DNA of 64,000 nucleotides from Nitrospirota bacterium (GTDB lineage: Bacteria; Nitrospinota_A; UBA7883), in assembly GCA_024275315.1 (NCBI GenBank), contig JAJRZK010000049.1, forward strand, positions 74,577 through 138,576, in the 5' to 3' direction. Of this stretch, positions 49,445 to 59,358 are shown piece by piece. Both the position numbers and the translations under genes were made by a program. How positions within the stretch are numbered: the stretch's first letter is position 1; the number at the start of each line of letters is the position of its first letter. Below the pieces are notes generated by a model. The model was given only the letters and a program-made list of their open reading frames with translations, made no database searches and was not told the DNA's origin.

Positions 49445-50613
49445 ATGTCGCACTACTAGCGCTATTGGTGTCGGCCACGGCTTTTTCGGGCCGGGCCGGC
49501 GCTTTTGAATTTACAGAGCACTGGCGCCAGCCCATACCGCTCCAGGGGCCGGTTCCACCCGGATTCGACGAGACCGAAAGCTCTCTCGATCCCGAAGACT
49601 GCGGGCAATGCCACGAGTCGCAATATAATGACTGGATCAAAAGCAGGCACGCTTTAGCCGCCGGTCCCGGCCTGATGGGGCAGCTACATCCGCCGTTTCT
49701 GGGAAGTGAGACGGTCGAGATGTGCCTGGATTGCCATGCGCCGTTGGGTGAGCAGAGGATATACGTCCGGGGGGAAAGAGGGAAGTATACAAAAAATCCC
49801 GATCTGGACGCCAAACTTCTGTCTAAAGGATTGACCTGCGCCGGATGTCATGTCCGCAAGCACAAACGGTATGGACCCGTTCCGAAAAAAACAGTGGATC
49901 CGCCACTGCCTCATGAAGGTTTTGTGGCGGTGGAAAACTTTGGATCGTCACGGTTTTGCCGCCCTTGCCACCAGTTCGAAAAGCATCACAGGAGGATAAA
50001 CGGCAAGCTTGTGGAAGATACGTACGAACAGTGGAAAAACAGCGAATACTCAAAAAAGGGCGTGTCCTGCGCCGGATGCCATATGCCCGGCAGGAGACAC
50101 CTGTGGAAAGGGATCCACGACCCCGCCATGGTGAAAAAGGGTATTCATATCGAAGCTGTCAAACAGGGTCGAGTCGTAAAGGTGACTGTGACAAACAGCG
50201 GAGCGGGGCACTATTTTCCCACTTACGTAACACCGATGGTCTTTGTGCGGTCGGCGGTTACGCTCCATGGCAAAACCGAGCTTGTGGACGAAAAATATAT
50301 CGGCTGGAACGTGGAACTGGACCTTTCAAAAGAGAATTTCGACACCAGGATACCACCGGGACAAAGCGTCTCTTTCAATTTCAATATGCCTGACAAGGCG
50401 GTGAAAGGAAAATTCACGGTGGCGGTCATCGTGTACCCGGACCGGTTCTACAATCGGTTTTTCCGATGGATACTCGACGCAAAACCCGAAGGGGCGGACC
50501 TTGCCATGATCGGGCGAGCGTTCAGGGATACGCAAAGCTCCCGCTACGTGTTATTCAGCAAAAGCTGGAAAGCGCTGGGGTTGATCAACCGGTCCGCCCC
50601 CTCGCCAAATTAA
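49432..50613 (+). CDS. Pentaheme c-type cytochrome (c554/c552-like multiheme family)
   Basis: CGQCH, CLDCH, CAGCH, CRPCH, CAGCH; signal peptide; GAGHYFPT. Confidence 0.88.
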   Translation: MRSVDVALLALLVSATAFSGRAGAFEFTEHWRQPIPLQGPVPPGFDETESSLDPEDCGQCHESQYNDWIKSRHALAAGPGLMGQLHPPFLGSETVEMCLDCHAPLGEQRIYVRGERGKYTKNPDLDAKLLSKGLTCAGCHVRKHKRYGPVPKKTVDPPLPHEGFVAVENFGSSRFCRPCHQFEKHHRRINGKLVEDTYEQWKNSEYSKKGVSCAGCHMPGRRHLWKGIHDPAMVKKGIHIEAVKQGRVVKVTVTNSGAGHYFPTYVTPMVFVRSAVTLHGKTELVDEKYIGWNVELDLSKENFDTRIPPGQSVSFNFNMPDKAVKGKFTVAVIVYPDRFYNRFFRWILDAKPEGADLAMIGRAFRDTQSSRYVLFSKSWKALGLINRSAPSPN

Positions 50614-51656
50614 TCCCACAACAGGTCAACCGTCGATTTTTCCTCTTCCAGCGGCAGTTCCGATTGCGCTGGTTGCGTCATGCGAATTTCAAACCCCATC
50701 TGCTCGTGCATGTCTATAAACGTATTAAGGGCCTTTGAGGCCCGGTCTATTATCGTGGGGTAACCGACCTCGGAAATGTCCTTGTCAAGGGTGGATATGA
50801 CGGCGTTTAATATGGAATCCTTCAGGTTTATCGATTCTATCGGCACAAGTTGCTGTGTCATGTACAGCTCCTCGGTAAGAGCCTTGAACGTTTCGAACAA
50901 TATATGGTCCTTGTCAATATTGAAAGTTTTAAAATCCACGGCGACGGCGTTGATCGCCGGCAGATGGGCGTAGGTGTAGAGATTTTCCAGCGAGTTGTTC
51001 AGCTCTCTTATAAACATAAGTATTTCCCGGACAAGATCGCGCATCTGCTGTATGTCTATATCTTTTTTGCGAAGGGCCTCTCTGAACTCGTTCAGGGTTT
51101 CGGTGTTGCTGTAATGGCTGATGCTGGCCTGGTTGAGCACAAGCTGGAGCGTGTTAAGGTAAAGCACGGCTGTCCGTTCGGCCCTGTGCAGGTTTTCGGT
51201 GGCGATATTGCGCAGGAAGTTCATGGTGGAAAGTTTGTCGAGGCTGATGAGGCGCATGAAGTCGTCCTTCCCAAGGATGATGCCTGGTATTCGATCCTTG
51301 GCCAGCACACCGGCCGAGCGTTCCAGTCCGGTGAAAAAGGAGTTTTCCCCCACTATTGTAGGGCCGGGTATCTCCGCCATCTGCTCAGATCCGCCCTGGC
51401 CGCCTCTGTCCACTGTTTTCCTGATAAACACTTTGCCGGCCAGTATGATGACCATCTGGTCAAGGTTTTCGGTTCCTTCGCTGATAACGAACTCGTTCGG
51501 ACCCCAGAACCTGACCTCGGATCTGGATATCCGCGCCAACTGTGGTTGGGACAATCCCTTGAGCTCGTTGATACGGTTAAGAACGTTCTGGATGATCCTG
51601 GGGCTGTATTGCCGCCCGGGTTTGATTACAATAGTGTTGTCAGCTTTACCGGCCAT
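50610..51656 (-). CDS. Cyclic-nucleotide-binding domain protein
   Basis: VISEG...ILAGKV...VGENSFFTGLERSAGV. Confidence 0.7.
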   Translation of the reverse strand: MAGKADNTIVIKPGRQYSPRIIQNVLNRINELKGLSQPQLARISRSEVRFWGPNEFVISEGTENLDQMVIILAGKVFIRKTVDRGGQGGSEQMAEIPGPTIVGENSFFTGLERSAGVLAKDRIPGIILGKDDFMRLISLDKLSTMNFLRNIATENLHRAERTAVLYLNTLQLVLNQASISHYSNTETLNEFREALRKKDIDIQQMRDLVREILMFIRELNNSLENLYTYAHLPAINAVAVDFKTFNIDKDHILFETFKALTEELYMTQQLVPIESINLKDSILNAVISTLDKDISEVGYPTIIDRASKALNTFIDMHEQMGFEIRMTQPAQSELPLEEEKSTVDLLWD

Positions 51657-51805
51657 ATGTGTCTCCCCCTGGGTTTACGCGGCTCTTCATGGCGCCGTCC
51701 CCCGAATAGCGCCATTGCAGCATAGCGATTATTGTAATCCTCATAACCCGGCGTGTAAAGCATGGTTAATACCGTCCTGGAGCAATGACGAAATCACCGG
51801 TACGG

Positions 51806-52849
51806 CTAAGCGCGTCCCCATAACCGTTTCACCGCGTCCTTTACCTCTTTTATGTCGATACGTGTCATGCAGTGATCCCCCTTGTGGGGACACCCTTTCT
51901 GGTCGCAGGGCATGCACTCCATCGGGTCGGGAGTGATAATGATCTTGTCGGCGCCCACCGGAGCCCAGATTGATGGATCCGAGGGACCGAACAGGGCCAC
52001 CAGCGGAACACCAAGCGCGCCTGCCATATGCATCGGTCCGGAATCGTTGCATACCAGGAGGCTCGACCTCACCAGCAGGGCGCCAAGCTCCCCGAGCGAC
52101 AGGTCGGTAAAATATGGCAAGGCGTAACCGGAAGCTTTTCGTATGGAATGAATCTCCTGCACGTCCGCTTCAGAACCCGCCAGTATCACCGCGGCTCCCA
52201 TTTCATCGACCAGCCACCGGGCCAGGATCCCCATCCTGGCCGATGGCCATCTTTTTGTATCAACCCTGGCGCCCGGATGGAGGGTTACCGTTGGCCTGTC
52301 AAACATCAGGCCGGCGTCCTCGAGCCTGCGCTTCATCGATTCTGATTTGTCCTCCGGGATATCCAGAAAAAATTCGGGTGTTTCCGGCCATTCGATACCC
52401 AGGGGCCTTATGGTGAGGAACTGGACGCGCCAGCTATGATCCAGCGGGTCGGGGGACTCAGCGTGGAGATTGTAGCACAACCGGTTCCTGAGCCTGAACG
52501 GGTGCCCCGCCCGGATGGGGGCGCCGGTGAGGGCTGTGGTAAAAGCCCCGCGGGGACCAGTCTGCAGGTCCACCACAATGTCATATTTCCCCTTACGCAA
52601 CTCCCTGATTCGCGTGATTTCGTGTTTTAGCCCCATTCCTTTGGAACGCCGCGGGTTGATGACAATCTTGTCCATGTTAGGATTGTTGGCCAGTATCTCA
52701 ACAAAAATGTCATCAACGAGAAAATGTATCGACGCACCGGGGAACCTGTGGCGCAACGCCGCAAGGGTGGGGTTTGATAGGAGTATGTCGCCTATGGAGC
52801 GGTATCTGATTACGAGTATTTTTTTTATCGAGTCGAGATCGAATTTCAT
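51806..52849 (-). CDS. Glycosyltransferase family 9 (LPS heptosyltransferase-like)
   Basis: RSIGDILL, HPGA...KRWP, NDSGPMHMA, LFGPS. Confidence 0.92.
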   Translation of the reverse strand: MKFDLDSIKKILVIRYRSIGDILLSNPTLAALRHRFPGASIHFLVDDIFVEILANNPNMDKIVINPRRSKGMGLKHEITRIRELRKGKYDIVVDLQTGPRGAFTTALTGAPIRAGHPFRLRNRLCYNLHAESPDPLDHSWRVQFLTIRPLGIEWPETPEFFLDIPEDKSESMKRRLEDAGLMFDRPTVTLHPGARVDTKRWPSARMGILARWLVDEMGAAVILAGSEADVQEIHSIRKASGYALPYFTDLSLGELGALLVRSSLLVCNDSGPMHMAGALGVPLVALFGPSDPSIWAPVGADKIIITPDPMECMPCDQKGCPHKGDHCMTRIDIKEVKDAVKRLWGRA

Positions 52850-52925
52850 TATGACAACACACTGTTACCGGAGTTGACGCACAACACAGCGACCGGGGAT
52901 ATGGACCGCCTGGTCTCATTACCTG

Positions 52926-54086
52926 TCAAACCGGAGCCTTGCCCATCGACCAGACGAGTTTCTCCAGCTTTTCAAAGACCCTGTATCCGGCGTATTTTAC
53001 AAGGTACAGCGCCGTACCGAAAAATGATCGGCCAAACGCCCGCCTGAAATTTTCCGCCGCCCGCCTGCGCCACTTAAAACCGGGATGCTGGCATGTCAAC
53101 CCTTCAGCCACAGGTATCAGAAAACCCGATCGCAACCTCATTCTCTCTTCGGTGACACCTCCAGATACTATATCAAGCGCTTTTTTCATCCTGTGCCTGT
53201 ACGTGTGGCCCGACATGACCAGCCTTTCCGCGCTGGCTCCCATGCGGATCCGTTTTTCATCGTCGTCCAGCAGTGCTTTTGCGACATTCGGCGCGTCGTC
53301 AAAATCGTGAAACACCATGTTCTCACCTTCCGTGAAGATTGTTTCGCACCCCTCGTCGATCCAGCCCTGGTTAATCACCACCGCCCCCGCGCAAGAAGCC
53401 TCGAAACTGCGCACGTTCAGGTCGCGTCGGGCGAGCACGTTATAAACCAGCTTGCACCGGCTGTAGAATAGCCCTATCTCTTCATAGCTCAGGTATCGGT
53501 CGTTAGTGGTGATTTTCATTCCACTCTTTTCGAACGCTTTGAAATAACGTTGTTTCTGCCCCGTTACGCTTCCAACATAACCTATTTCAATATCCCGTTC
53601 CACACCGAAATTGCGATGGAACACCTCATCCGCGGCGAAGGGTAGCCAATGGATGTTCTTTCTGCCGTACCGCCTCGCCAGCTTCATGCGGTTTACCTGG
53701 GCGAAAAAACAGTAGTCAAACAACGCCGCTGCTTCCTTGTTCCAACGGAAATTGAGGTAATTGTCATACATCCAGTACGCGGTGGGTATCTCGATATCCG
53801 CCAACCGTTTGGGCAGAAACGGCGTACCGGTGGAGCTTTCGACCATAAGGAAAATATCCGGTGTGGCGCCACAGCTTTTGAGAAGCTCCGGCGCGTCTAC
53901 GTCCGGGGCCACTTTCAGCCAATCGTCCGGGGCGTTCTTGGTGGGGGTGAAAGGTATGACGTTGTGCCCCATCCTTTCAAGGGCTGTACAGGCGAAATGC
54001 CCTGTCTGGCCTACCTTGTAGTTTGTTCCGAAAAGAATGGTGAGAGGTTTGCCGTTGGATGAGGATATTGCGTCGATACCAGACAT
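52926..54086 (-). CDS. CgeB-like glycosyltransferase
   Basis: WLPFAAD, IGYVGS, DLNVRSFEASCAG, HTYRHR. Confidence 0.8.
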   Translation of the reverse strand: MSGIDAISSSNGKPLTILFGTNYKVGQTGHFACTALERMGHNVIPFTPTKNAPDDWLKVAPDVDAPELLKSCGATPDIFLMVESSTGTPFLPKRLADIEIPTAYWMYDNYLNFRWNKEAAALFDYCFFAQVNRMKLARRYGRKNIHWLPFAADEVFHRNFGVERDIEIGYVGSVTGQKQRYFKAFEKSGMKITTNDRYLSYEEIGLFYSRCKLVYNVLARRDLNVRSFEASCAGAVVINQGWIDEGCETIFTEGENMVFHDFDDAPNVAKALLDDDEKRIRMGASAERLVMSGHTYRHRMKKALDIVSGGVTEERMRLRSGFLIPVAEGLTCQHPGFKWRRRAAENFRRAFGRSFFGTALYLVKYAGYRVFEKLEKLVWSMGKAPV

Positions 54087-54267
54087 GTTTAATTAAATAT
54101 TGTTATTTTCGTCACACTGTTGACGTTTATAGTGAATTAGTGTACATTAAGCGCGTAAAGGTCAACGGATCGATTCAGCGATTTAACCTTCCAAGTTCGT
54201 CGATACCCATTATAGCGGTTTTTGTGTTTTAGGTTTGTACCACAAAAATCTTTGGGGAGGACGATCA

Positions 54268-54720
54268 ATGATAAGACCCGGAAAACAGCAAAGTAACAAT
54301 CGTAAAGGTTTCACCCTGATTGAGCTTCTGATGGTAGTCTCGATTATCGGGGCGCTGGCGGCCATAGCGCTACCTGAGTTTCAGAGTTATCGCAAACGGG
54401 CGTATAACGCCACCGCGATGAGCGACATCGCCCAGTTTCGTGGCGCGGTTGTAAACGAAGAAAACCCCACCACATTTATGAGCGTCGATACCGCAGGGGC
54501 CCACAGCAAGTTTTCGGATGTCAAGATCAGCCCGAACGTCCGTGTGCTTTCTGTTTCCTCGATGGCCGCGGGGGTTAACGTGTTCTACGCCTACGCCTGC
54601 AACACCATCGGGGACACCGGATATTTCATACTGGTGCCATACGGCGAATCCAACCCGTTCGCTATCACGCCCAACCAGATCCTGGAAAGCCCCGTTTACG
54701 CCACGGCGGCGGGTTGTTGA
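54268..54720 (+). CDS. Type IV pilin
   Basis: Prepilin cleavage motif KG/FTLIELLMVVSIIGALAAIALP; two C-terminal-region Cys. Confidence 0.9.
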   Translation: MIRPGKQQSNNRKGFTLIELLMVVSIIGALAAIALPEFQSYRKRAYNATAMSDIAQFRGAVVNEENPTTFMSVDTAGAHSKFSDVKISPNVRVLSVSSMAAGVNVFYAYACNTIGDTGYFILVPYGESNPFAITPNQILESPVYATAAGC

Positions 54721-54868
54721 CAATCAGGCAAGACGTGCAATCTGGCGTGGATGGCGCCTGGAGCCATCATCCCAGGTTTGTTATATATTGCGGCTTGCGA
54801 TGGATGTGACGTGCGGCGCCATGCCTTCAAGGTGGTCTTCTTGGCCCGGTCACGCGGTTTAGCGGGAG

Positions 54869-56971
54869 ATGAAGAGACGTTATTATCCGATCGTGTTCGC
54901 GGCTGGCCTAGCGGTTGTCCTTTTAACCATGCACTGGACAAATATCATGCCCGACAGGGATACCAGCGACAAGCAGGGTCGACCATCCGGCTCACACAAA
55001 AAAAACAGGCTGGCCGATTCCGACAGCCCTTACCTTCTGAAACACGCCGATAATCCGGTCGACTGGTATGAGTGGGGACCCGAGGCCCTGAAAAAAGCCA
55101 AAAAAGAAAACAAGCTCATCTTTCTGTCCATCGGGTACGCGGCTTGCCACTGGTGTAACGAGCTGGAAAAGGAATGCTTCGATCATCAGGACTTCGCGGA
55201 CGTGATAAACAAACGATATGTCAGTGTAAAAGTTGACAGGGAGCAACGGCCCGATCTCGACCAGATATACATGCAGGCCGCCGTGGCCATCACAGGCAGG
55301 GGAGGGTGGCCCAACAACGTGTTTCTGACGCCGGACCTCCACCCCGTCTACGCATCCGGTTTCCAGAAGCGTGAAGTTTTCAAACAACTGCTGGTTCGTG
55401 TGGATGACTACTGGAAGCAAAACAGCGAGGAGCTGACCAAGACAGGAGAAAAACTGAGCGCCTCTCTCAAATCTTTCATGGAGCGGGGAGGATCGTTTGA
55501 GCGGATAGACAACCTGGATATGGACCCGATTCGCTCGCAGATGGACTTGAAATATGGAGGGTTCGGCGAGGCCAGCAAGTTCCCGGTCACATCGATTCTC
55601 GAATTTCTGCTCACCGAGGGGGCTGACGATGATTTTCTCAAAACAACTCTCGACAACATGGCCAAAGGCGGGATGTTCGACCATGTGGGTGGAGGGTTTC
55701 ATCGTTATTCCGTCGACCGCCAATGGCAGACGCCCCATTTCGAGAAAATGCTCTACGACAACGCCCTTTTGGCCTCACTCTACGCGAGAGCTTCACTGCT
55801 GATCAAAGAACCCGAATATGGATATGTGGCCCGGCGAACTCTCGAGTTCATCGACAGGGAGCTGTCGAACCCGGACGGGGGTTTTTTGTCGTCCCTCGAC
55901 GCGGACAGCGACGGCAAAGAGGGTAAATTCTACACATGGACACTCGAACAGATAAACACCATCACCGGCGACGCCGGTTTCGCCGGGGACTACGGGATCA
56001 CCGACACGGGAAACATCGTGGAAACCGTAGTGACAAACCAGGGGACGGAGCAGGTAATGACGGGACAGAATGTTTTGAGGCTGACAGGCTATGACCGTCA
56101 CAGGGAATCGCTTTGGAAACTTTTCGAGCGCCGGTCGAAAAGAACCCGTCCGCCCCTGGATGACAAGGTCGTGTCGGCGTGGCACGCCCTGGCGGTGTCG
56201 GCCTTTGCCAGGGCGGGTGTGTGGCTCAACGAGCCGGAGATGATTAAAAGGGCGGAAAAAGGAGCGAGGTTCACACTGGAAAAGCTGGGATACTCTCGCA
56301 CATGGCGCTCCGGAAAATCCTCCGGAGAGGCGACCCTTAACGACCTGGCGTTTAGCGCGATGGCGTTTTGGGATCTGTTCGAGACCACCGGGAAAAATGA
56401 ATATCTCGAAAGCGCGTTGCGGTACGTGGACCACGCCAGGAAACACTACGGCGCAGGGGACGGAGGATATTACCTTGTGCGGCGAAAACCGTACCTCATA
56501 GCCCGGCCCCGGGTTGCCAGCGACAATCCCGTGCCAAACGCCGCCGCGGTTCTTGCGCGGGTGGACCTGCGCCTTTCGACAGCTATGGGCGAGCCTGGCC
56601 GGACGGCCGACGCGGCGAAAACGGCGGCGCACCTGATCGGAATATCGGGAGGCGCCAGTCTTTTTTCCGGCGAGTCGATGATCCTGCACAGGGAAACCTC
56701 CGCAGGCCCGGTGGAGGTTGTATACGCGTTCGCCGTGAACGAAACGGATAAAAACCGCTGGCTCGCAAGCGGGGTTACGCGCCAATGGGGTGTCGTCAGG
56801 ATACCACTGGGGGCCGATATGCTCGATCGGGCTCTGGCGCGGGGGCGTTACCCGGCCGAAAAGACGACGGCGTATGTCTGCCTGGACAACAGATGCCTTT
56901 CTCCCTCGGCCACCCCGGAAGACATATCTGTAAAACTAAAAAACCTGGAGACGGAAAAAAAACAATTATAA
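54869..56971 (+). CDS. YyaL/SSP411 (DUF255) thioredoxin-domain protein with N-terminal TM or signal
   Basis: NRLA...SPYLLKHADNPVDW, ACHWC, KVDREQRPD, GGWP, PHFEKMLYDNA. Confidence 0.9.
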   Translation: MKRRYYPIVFAAGLAVVLLTMHWTNIMPDRDTSDKQGRPSGSHKKNRLADSDSPYLLKHADNPVDWYEWGPEALKKAKKENKLIFLSIGYAACHWCNELEKECFDHQDFADVINKRYVSVKVDREQRPDLDQIYMQAAVAITGRGGWPNNVFLTPDLHPVYASGFQKREVFKQLLVRVDDYWKQNSEELTKTGEKLSASLKSFMERGGSFERIDNLDMDPIRSQMDLKYGGFGEASKFPVTSILEFLLTEGADDDFLKTTLDNMAKGGMFDHVGGGFHRYSVDRQWQTPHFEKMLYDNALLASLYARASLLIKEPEYGYVARRTLEFIDRELSNPDGGFLSSLDADSDGKEGKFYTWTLEQINTITGDAGFAGDYGITDTGNIVETVVTNQGTEQVMTGQNVLRLTGYDRHRESLWKLFERRSKRTRPPLDDKVVSAWHALAVSAFARAGVWLNEPEMIKRAEKGARFTLEKLGYSRTWRSGKSSGEATLNDLAFSAMAFWDLFETTGKNEYLESALRYVDHARKHYGAGDGGYYLVRRKPYLIARPRVASDNPVPNAAAVLARVDLRLSTAMGEPGRTADAAKTAAHLIGISGGASLFSGESMILHRETSAGPVEVVYAFAVNETDKNRWLASGVTRQWGVVRIPLGADMLDRALARGRYPAEKTTAYVCLDNRCLSPSATPEDISVKLKNLETEKKQL

Positions 56972-57132
56972 ACAAGGCCCGGGAGCAGGATAATATTCCT
57001 CCCGCCGGCCGGTCCGGCCAGCCGGTTTATGGTCCGGCCAGCCGGTTCGCTTGAAAACCTGCTTTTTCATATTATACTTGTCCCTTGACAACCGGCGTAT
57101 AAAACAGTTTCGGCGGAATCGGGGAGAACCAG

Positions 57133-58281
57133 GTGAAGAACAGACAAGAAGCGGAGCGGCTGGAAGAACGTGAGCTTTCATCTGTCGCGTCGATAAGTAG
57201 CAAGACACGCGGCCGCGTCCACCGCGAGGATGAACATCCGTATCGCACCGTATATACACGCGACCGGGACAGGATCATACACTGTTCCGCGTTCCGCAGG
57301 CTCGAATACAAAACTCAGGTTTTCCTCTACAACGAGGGAGACTACTACCGGACCAGGCTGACCCACACCCTGGAAGTGGCCCAGATCGCCCGGTCTATCG
57401 CAAGAGCGTTGTGGCTCAACGAAGACCTGACCGAAGCCATAGCGTTGAGCCACGACATGGGGCATCCCCCCTTCGGCCATTCCGGCGAACAGGCGCTCGA
57501 CGAGTTGATGAGCGGTTCGGGCGGGTTTGAACACAATCACCACACGTTGCGAATCGTGGACCATATAGAGCGCCGCTATCCCGATTTCCGGGGGCTTAAC
57601 CTTTCCTGGGAAACCAGGGAAGCCATCGCAAAGCACTCCGGCAAGCAGGACGACCCGCTATTAGAAGAGTTCGCAGCGTTTTCCCACCCTTCGCTGGAAG
57701 CCCAGATCGTCGACATGGCCGATTCCATAGCCTACAGCAGTCACGACCTGGACGACGGGTTGACTTCGGGCGTCATAAAAGAAGAAGACCTGGAAAATAT
57801 CGCGTTGTGGCGCAAAGCTACATACCTGATCAAAAAGAAAGTCTCCATAACCCGCAACGTCGCCATATACCAGGTGATACGCAGGATCATAGACTCCCAG
57901 GTGGGGGACATGATACGGCAGACGGAGAACAACCTGAAAAGATTCTCGGTGGACTCCGCAGACCAGGTGCGCGCGGCTCCACAAAGGTTGGCCGATTTTT
58001 CCGTCGATTTGCGCCGCGAACAAAAGGAGCTGAAGGATTTTCTGAGGGAAAAAATGTACCGGCACCACAGAGTGATCCGGATGGAGGAAAAAGCGGGCGG
58101 GGTGATAAGGGACCTTTTCAAAGCGTACAAGCGGAGGCCGGGGATGATGCCGGCGAATGTTTACAGCCAGATCGATAACGTGGAGAAGGACAGGCTCATT
58201 TGCGATTATATAGCCGGAATGACGGACCGGTTCGCCTTAGAGGAGCATAACAAGCTTTTCGACTCCCTGTCGCGGGTGTGA
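57133..58281 (+). CDS. dgt: Deoxyguanosinetriphosphate triphosphohydrolase
   Basis: RDRDRIIH..AFRRLEYKTQV, RTRLTHTLEV, HDMGHPPFGHSGE, DYIAGMTDRFA. Confidence 0.95.
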   Translation: MKNRQEAERLEERELSSVASISSKTRGRVHREDEHPYRTVYTRDRDRIIHCSAFRRLEYKTQVFLYNEGDYYRTRLTHTLEVAQIARSIARALWLNEDLTEAIALSHDMGHPPFGHSGEQALDELMSGSGGFEHNHHTLRIVDHIERRYPDFRGLNLSWETREAIAKHSGKQDDPLLEEFAAFSHPSLEAQIVDMADSIAYSSHDLDDGLTSGVIKEEDLENIALWRKATYLIKKKVSITRNVAIYQVIRRIIDSQVGDMIRQTENNLKRFSVDSADQVRAAPQRLADFSVDLRREQKELKDFLREKMYRHHRVIRMEEKAGGVIRDLFKAYKRRPGMMPANVYSQIDNVEKDRLICDYIAGMTDRFALEEHNKLFDSLSRV

Positions 58282-58376
58282 ACCTGTCGCGGGTGTGAAC
58301 CTGTCGCGGGTGTGAACCTGTCGCAGGTGTGAACCTGTCGCGGGTGTGAACCTGTCGCAGGTGTGAACCTGTCGCG
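58266..58376. repeat. 17-bp tandem repeat (CCTGTCGCRGGTGTGAA) x about 6.5, starting inside the dgt 3' end
   Basis: Units start at 58266, 58283, 58300, 58317, 58334, 58351 and 58368; the first contains the dgt TGA. Confidence 0.96.
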
Positions 58377-58490
58377 TCGGCTGTTTTGACATGGATGGAA
58401 TTTCATACGACAATATAACAGACGACAACGCGTAAAGAAGTTAAACAAGATACGGCGGGGTTGCAGTGTAGAATATGCGGATATGTCCAA

Positions 58491-58522
58491 AACGCGGGGC
58501 GTTACCAACGCGGGGCGTTACC
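58491..58522. repeat. 16-bp direct duplication AACGCGGGGCGTTACC x2
   Basis: Read directly; each copy contains an AACGC/GCGTT mini-hairpin. Confidence 0.8.
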
Positions 58523-58597
58523 CGAGCTTGTCCCCGGGCGGCGTAGACGTTTAAGAGTTCATGGTGACATGCAGGACCAATCGATCGTGACAGACTG

Positions 58598-58834
58598 ATG
58601 CCGAATGATAAAATGGTGGAGCAGGAACTGCTTTTAATACTCGAAGAGGCCATAAAAGAGGAAATAGCCTCTGCGGCCAGGTATCGCCGGGGGGAGAAGC
58701 TGGCCACCCATCCGGAAATGAAGTCCATGTTCAAAAAGCTGACCGAAGAAGAGGTGATGCACGAACAGGCGCTCAAGGAGCGCTATTACGCCATCAAGAA
58801 AAAGCTCGGTCTCAAACTTATGCACGATCAATAA
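58598..58834 (+). CDS. Small ferritin/rubrerythrin-like protein
   Basis: AIKEEIASAARY...MFKKLTEEEVMH. Confidence 0.75.
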   Translation: MPNDKMVEQELLLILEEAIKEEIASAARYRRGEKLATHPEMKSMFKKLTEEEVMHEQALKERYYAIKKKLGLKLMHDQ

Positions 58835-58890
58835 CGTCCCCTGCTGATTCGCCCAATGACCTGGCAAGCCCTGTTGCAACATTCCGGGAG

Positions 58891-59358
58891 ATGACGACCA
58901 TGGCCACGCAACTGACGATGATCGGTGTGGTCGGTTCCGGCTCCTGTGGGCGGGAAACATGGGACATGGCTTTTGAAGTTGGCGAACTGATAGCGCAAAG
59001 AGGGGCCGCGCTGGTATGCGGCGGGTTGGGCGGTGTCATGGAGGCCGCATCCGCCGGGGCGGCGGGCAAAGGCGGCCTTACCATCGGGATACTTCCAGGG
59101 CCCGCTCTTGCCGACTGCAACCCCTACATCCAGGCGCCCATCCCGACGGACCTTGGTCACGCCAGGAACATTGTGCTGGTCAACGCCGCCCGCGCCATTG
59201 TCGCGCTGTCCGGGGAGTATGGCACATTGTCGGAAATATCCATCGCCCTGAAGCTGAAAAAACCGGTGGTCGCACTGGATAGCTGGGAGGAGATAAAAGG
59301 TGTTGTCAGGGCCACCACGCCAAAACGAGCAGTTGAGAAAGTTTTTGAACTTATTTAG
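58891..59358 (+). CDS. LOG-family protein (TIGR00725-like)
   Basis: CGGLGGVMEAAS, TIGILPG, ARN, GEYGTLSEI. Confidence 0.88.
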   Translation: MTTMATQLTMIGVVGSGSCGRETWDMAFEVGELIAQRGAALVCGGLGGVMEAASAGAAGKGGLTIGILPGPALADCNPYIQAPIPTDLGHARNIVLVNAARAIVALSGEYGTLSEISIALKLKKPVVALDSWEEIKGVVRATTPKRAVEKVFELI

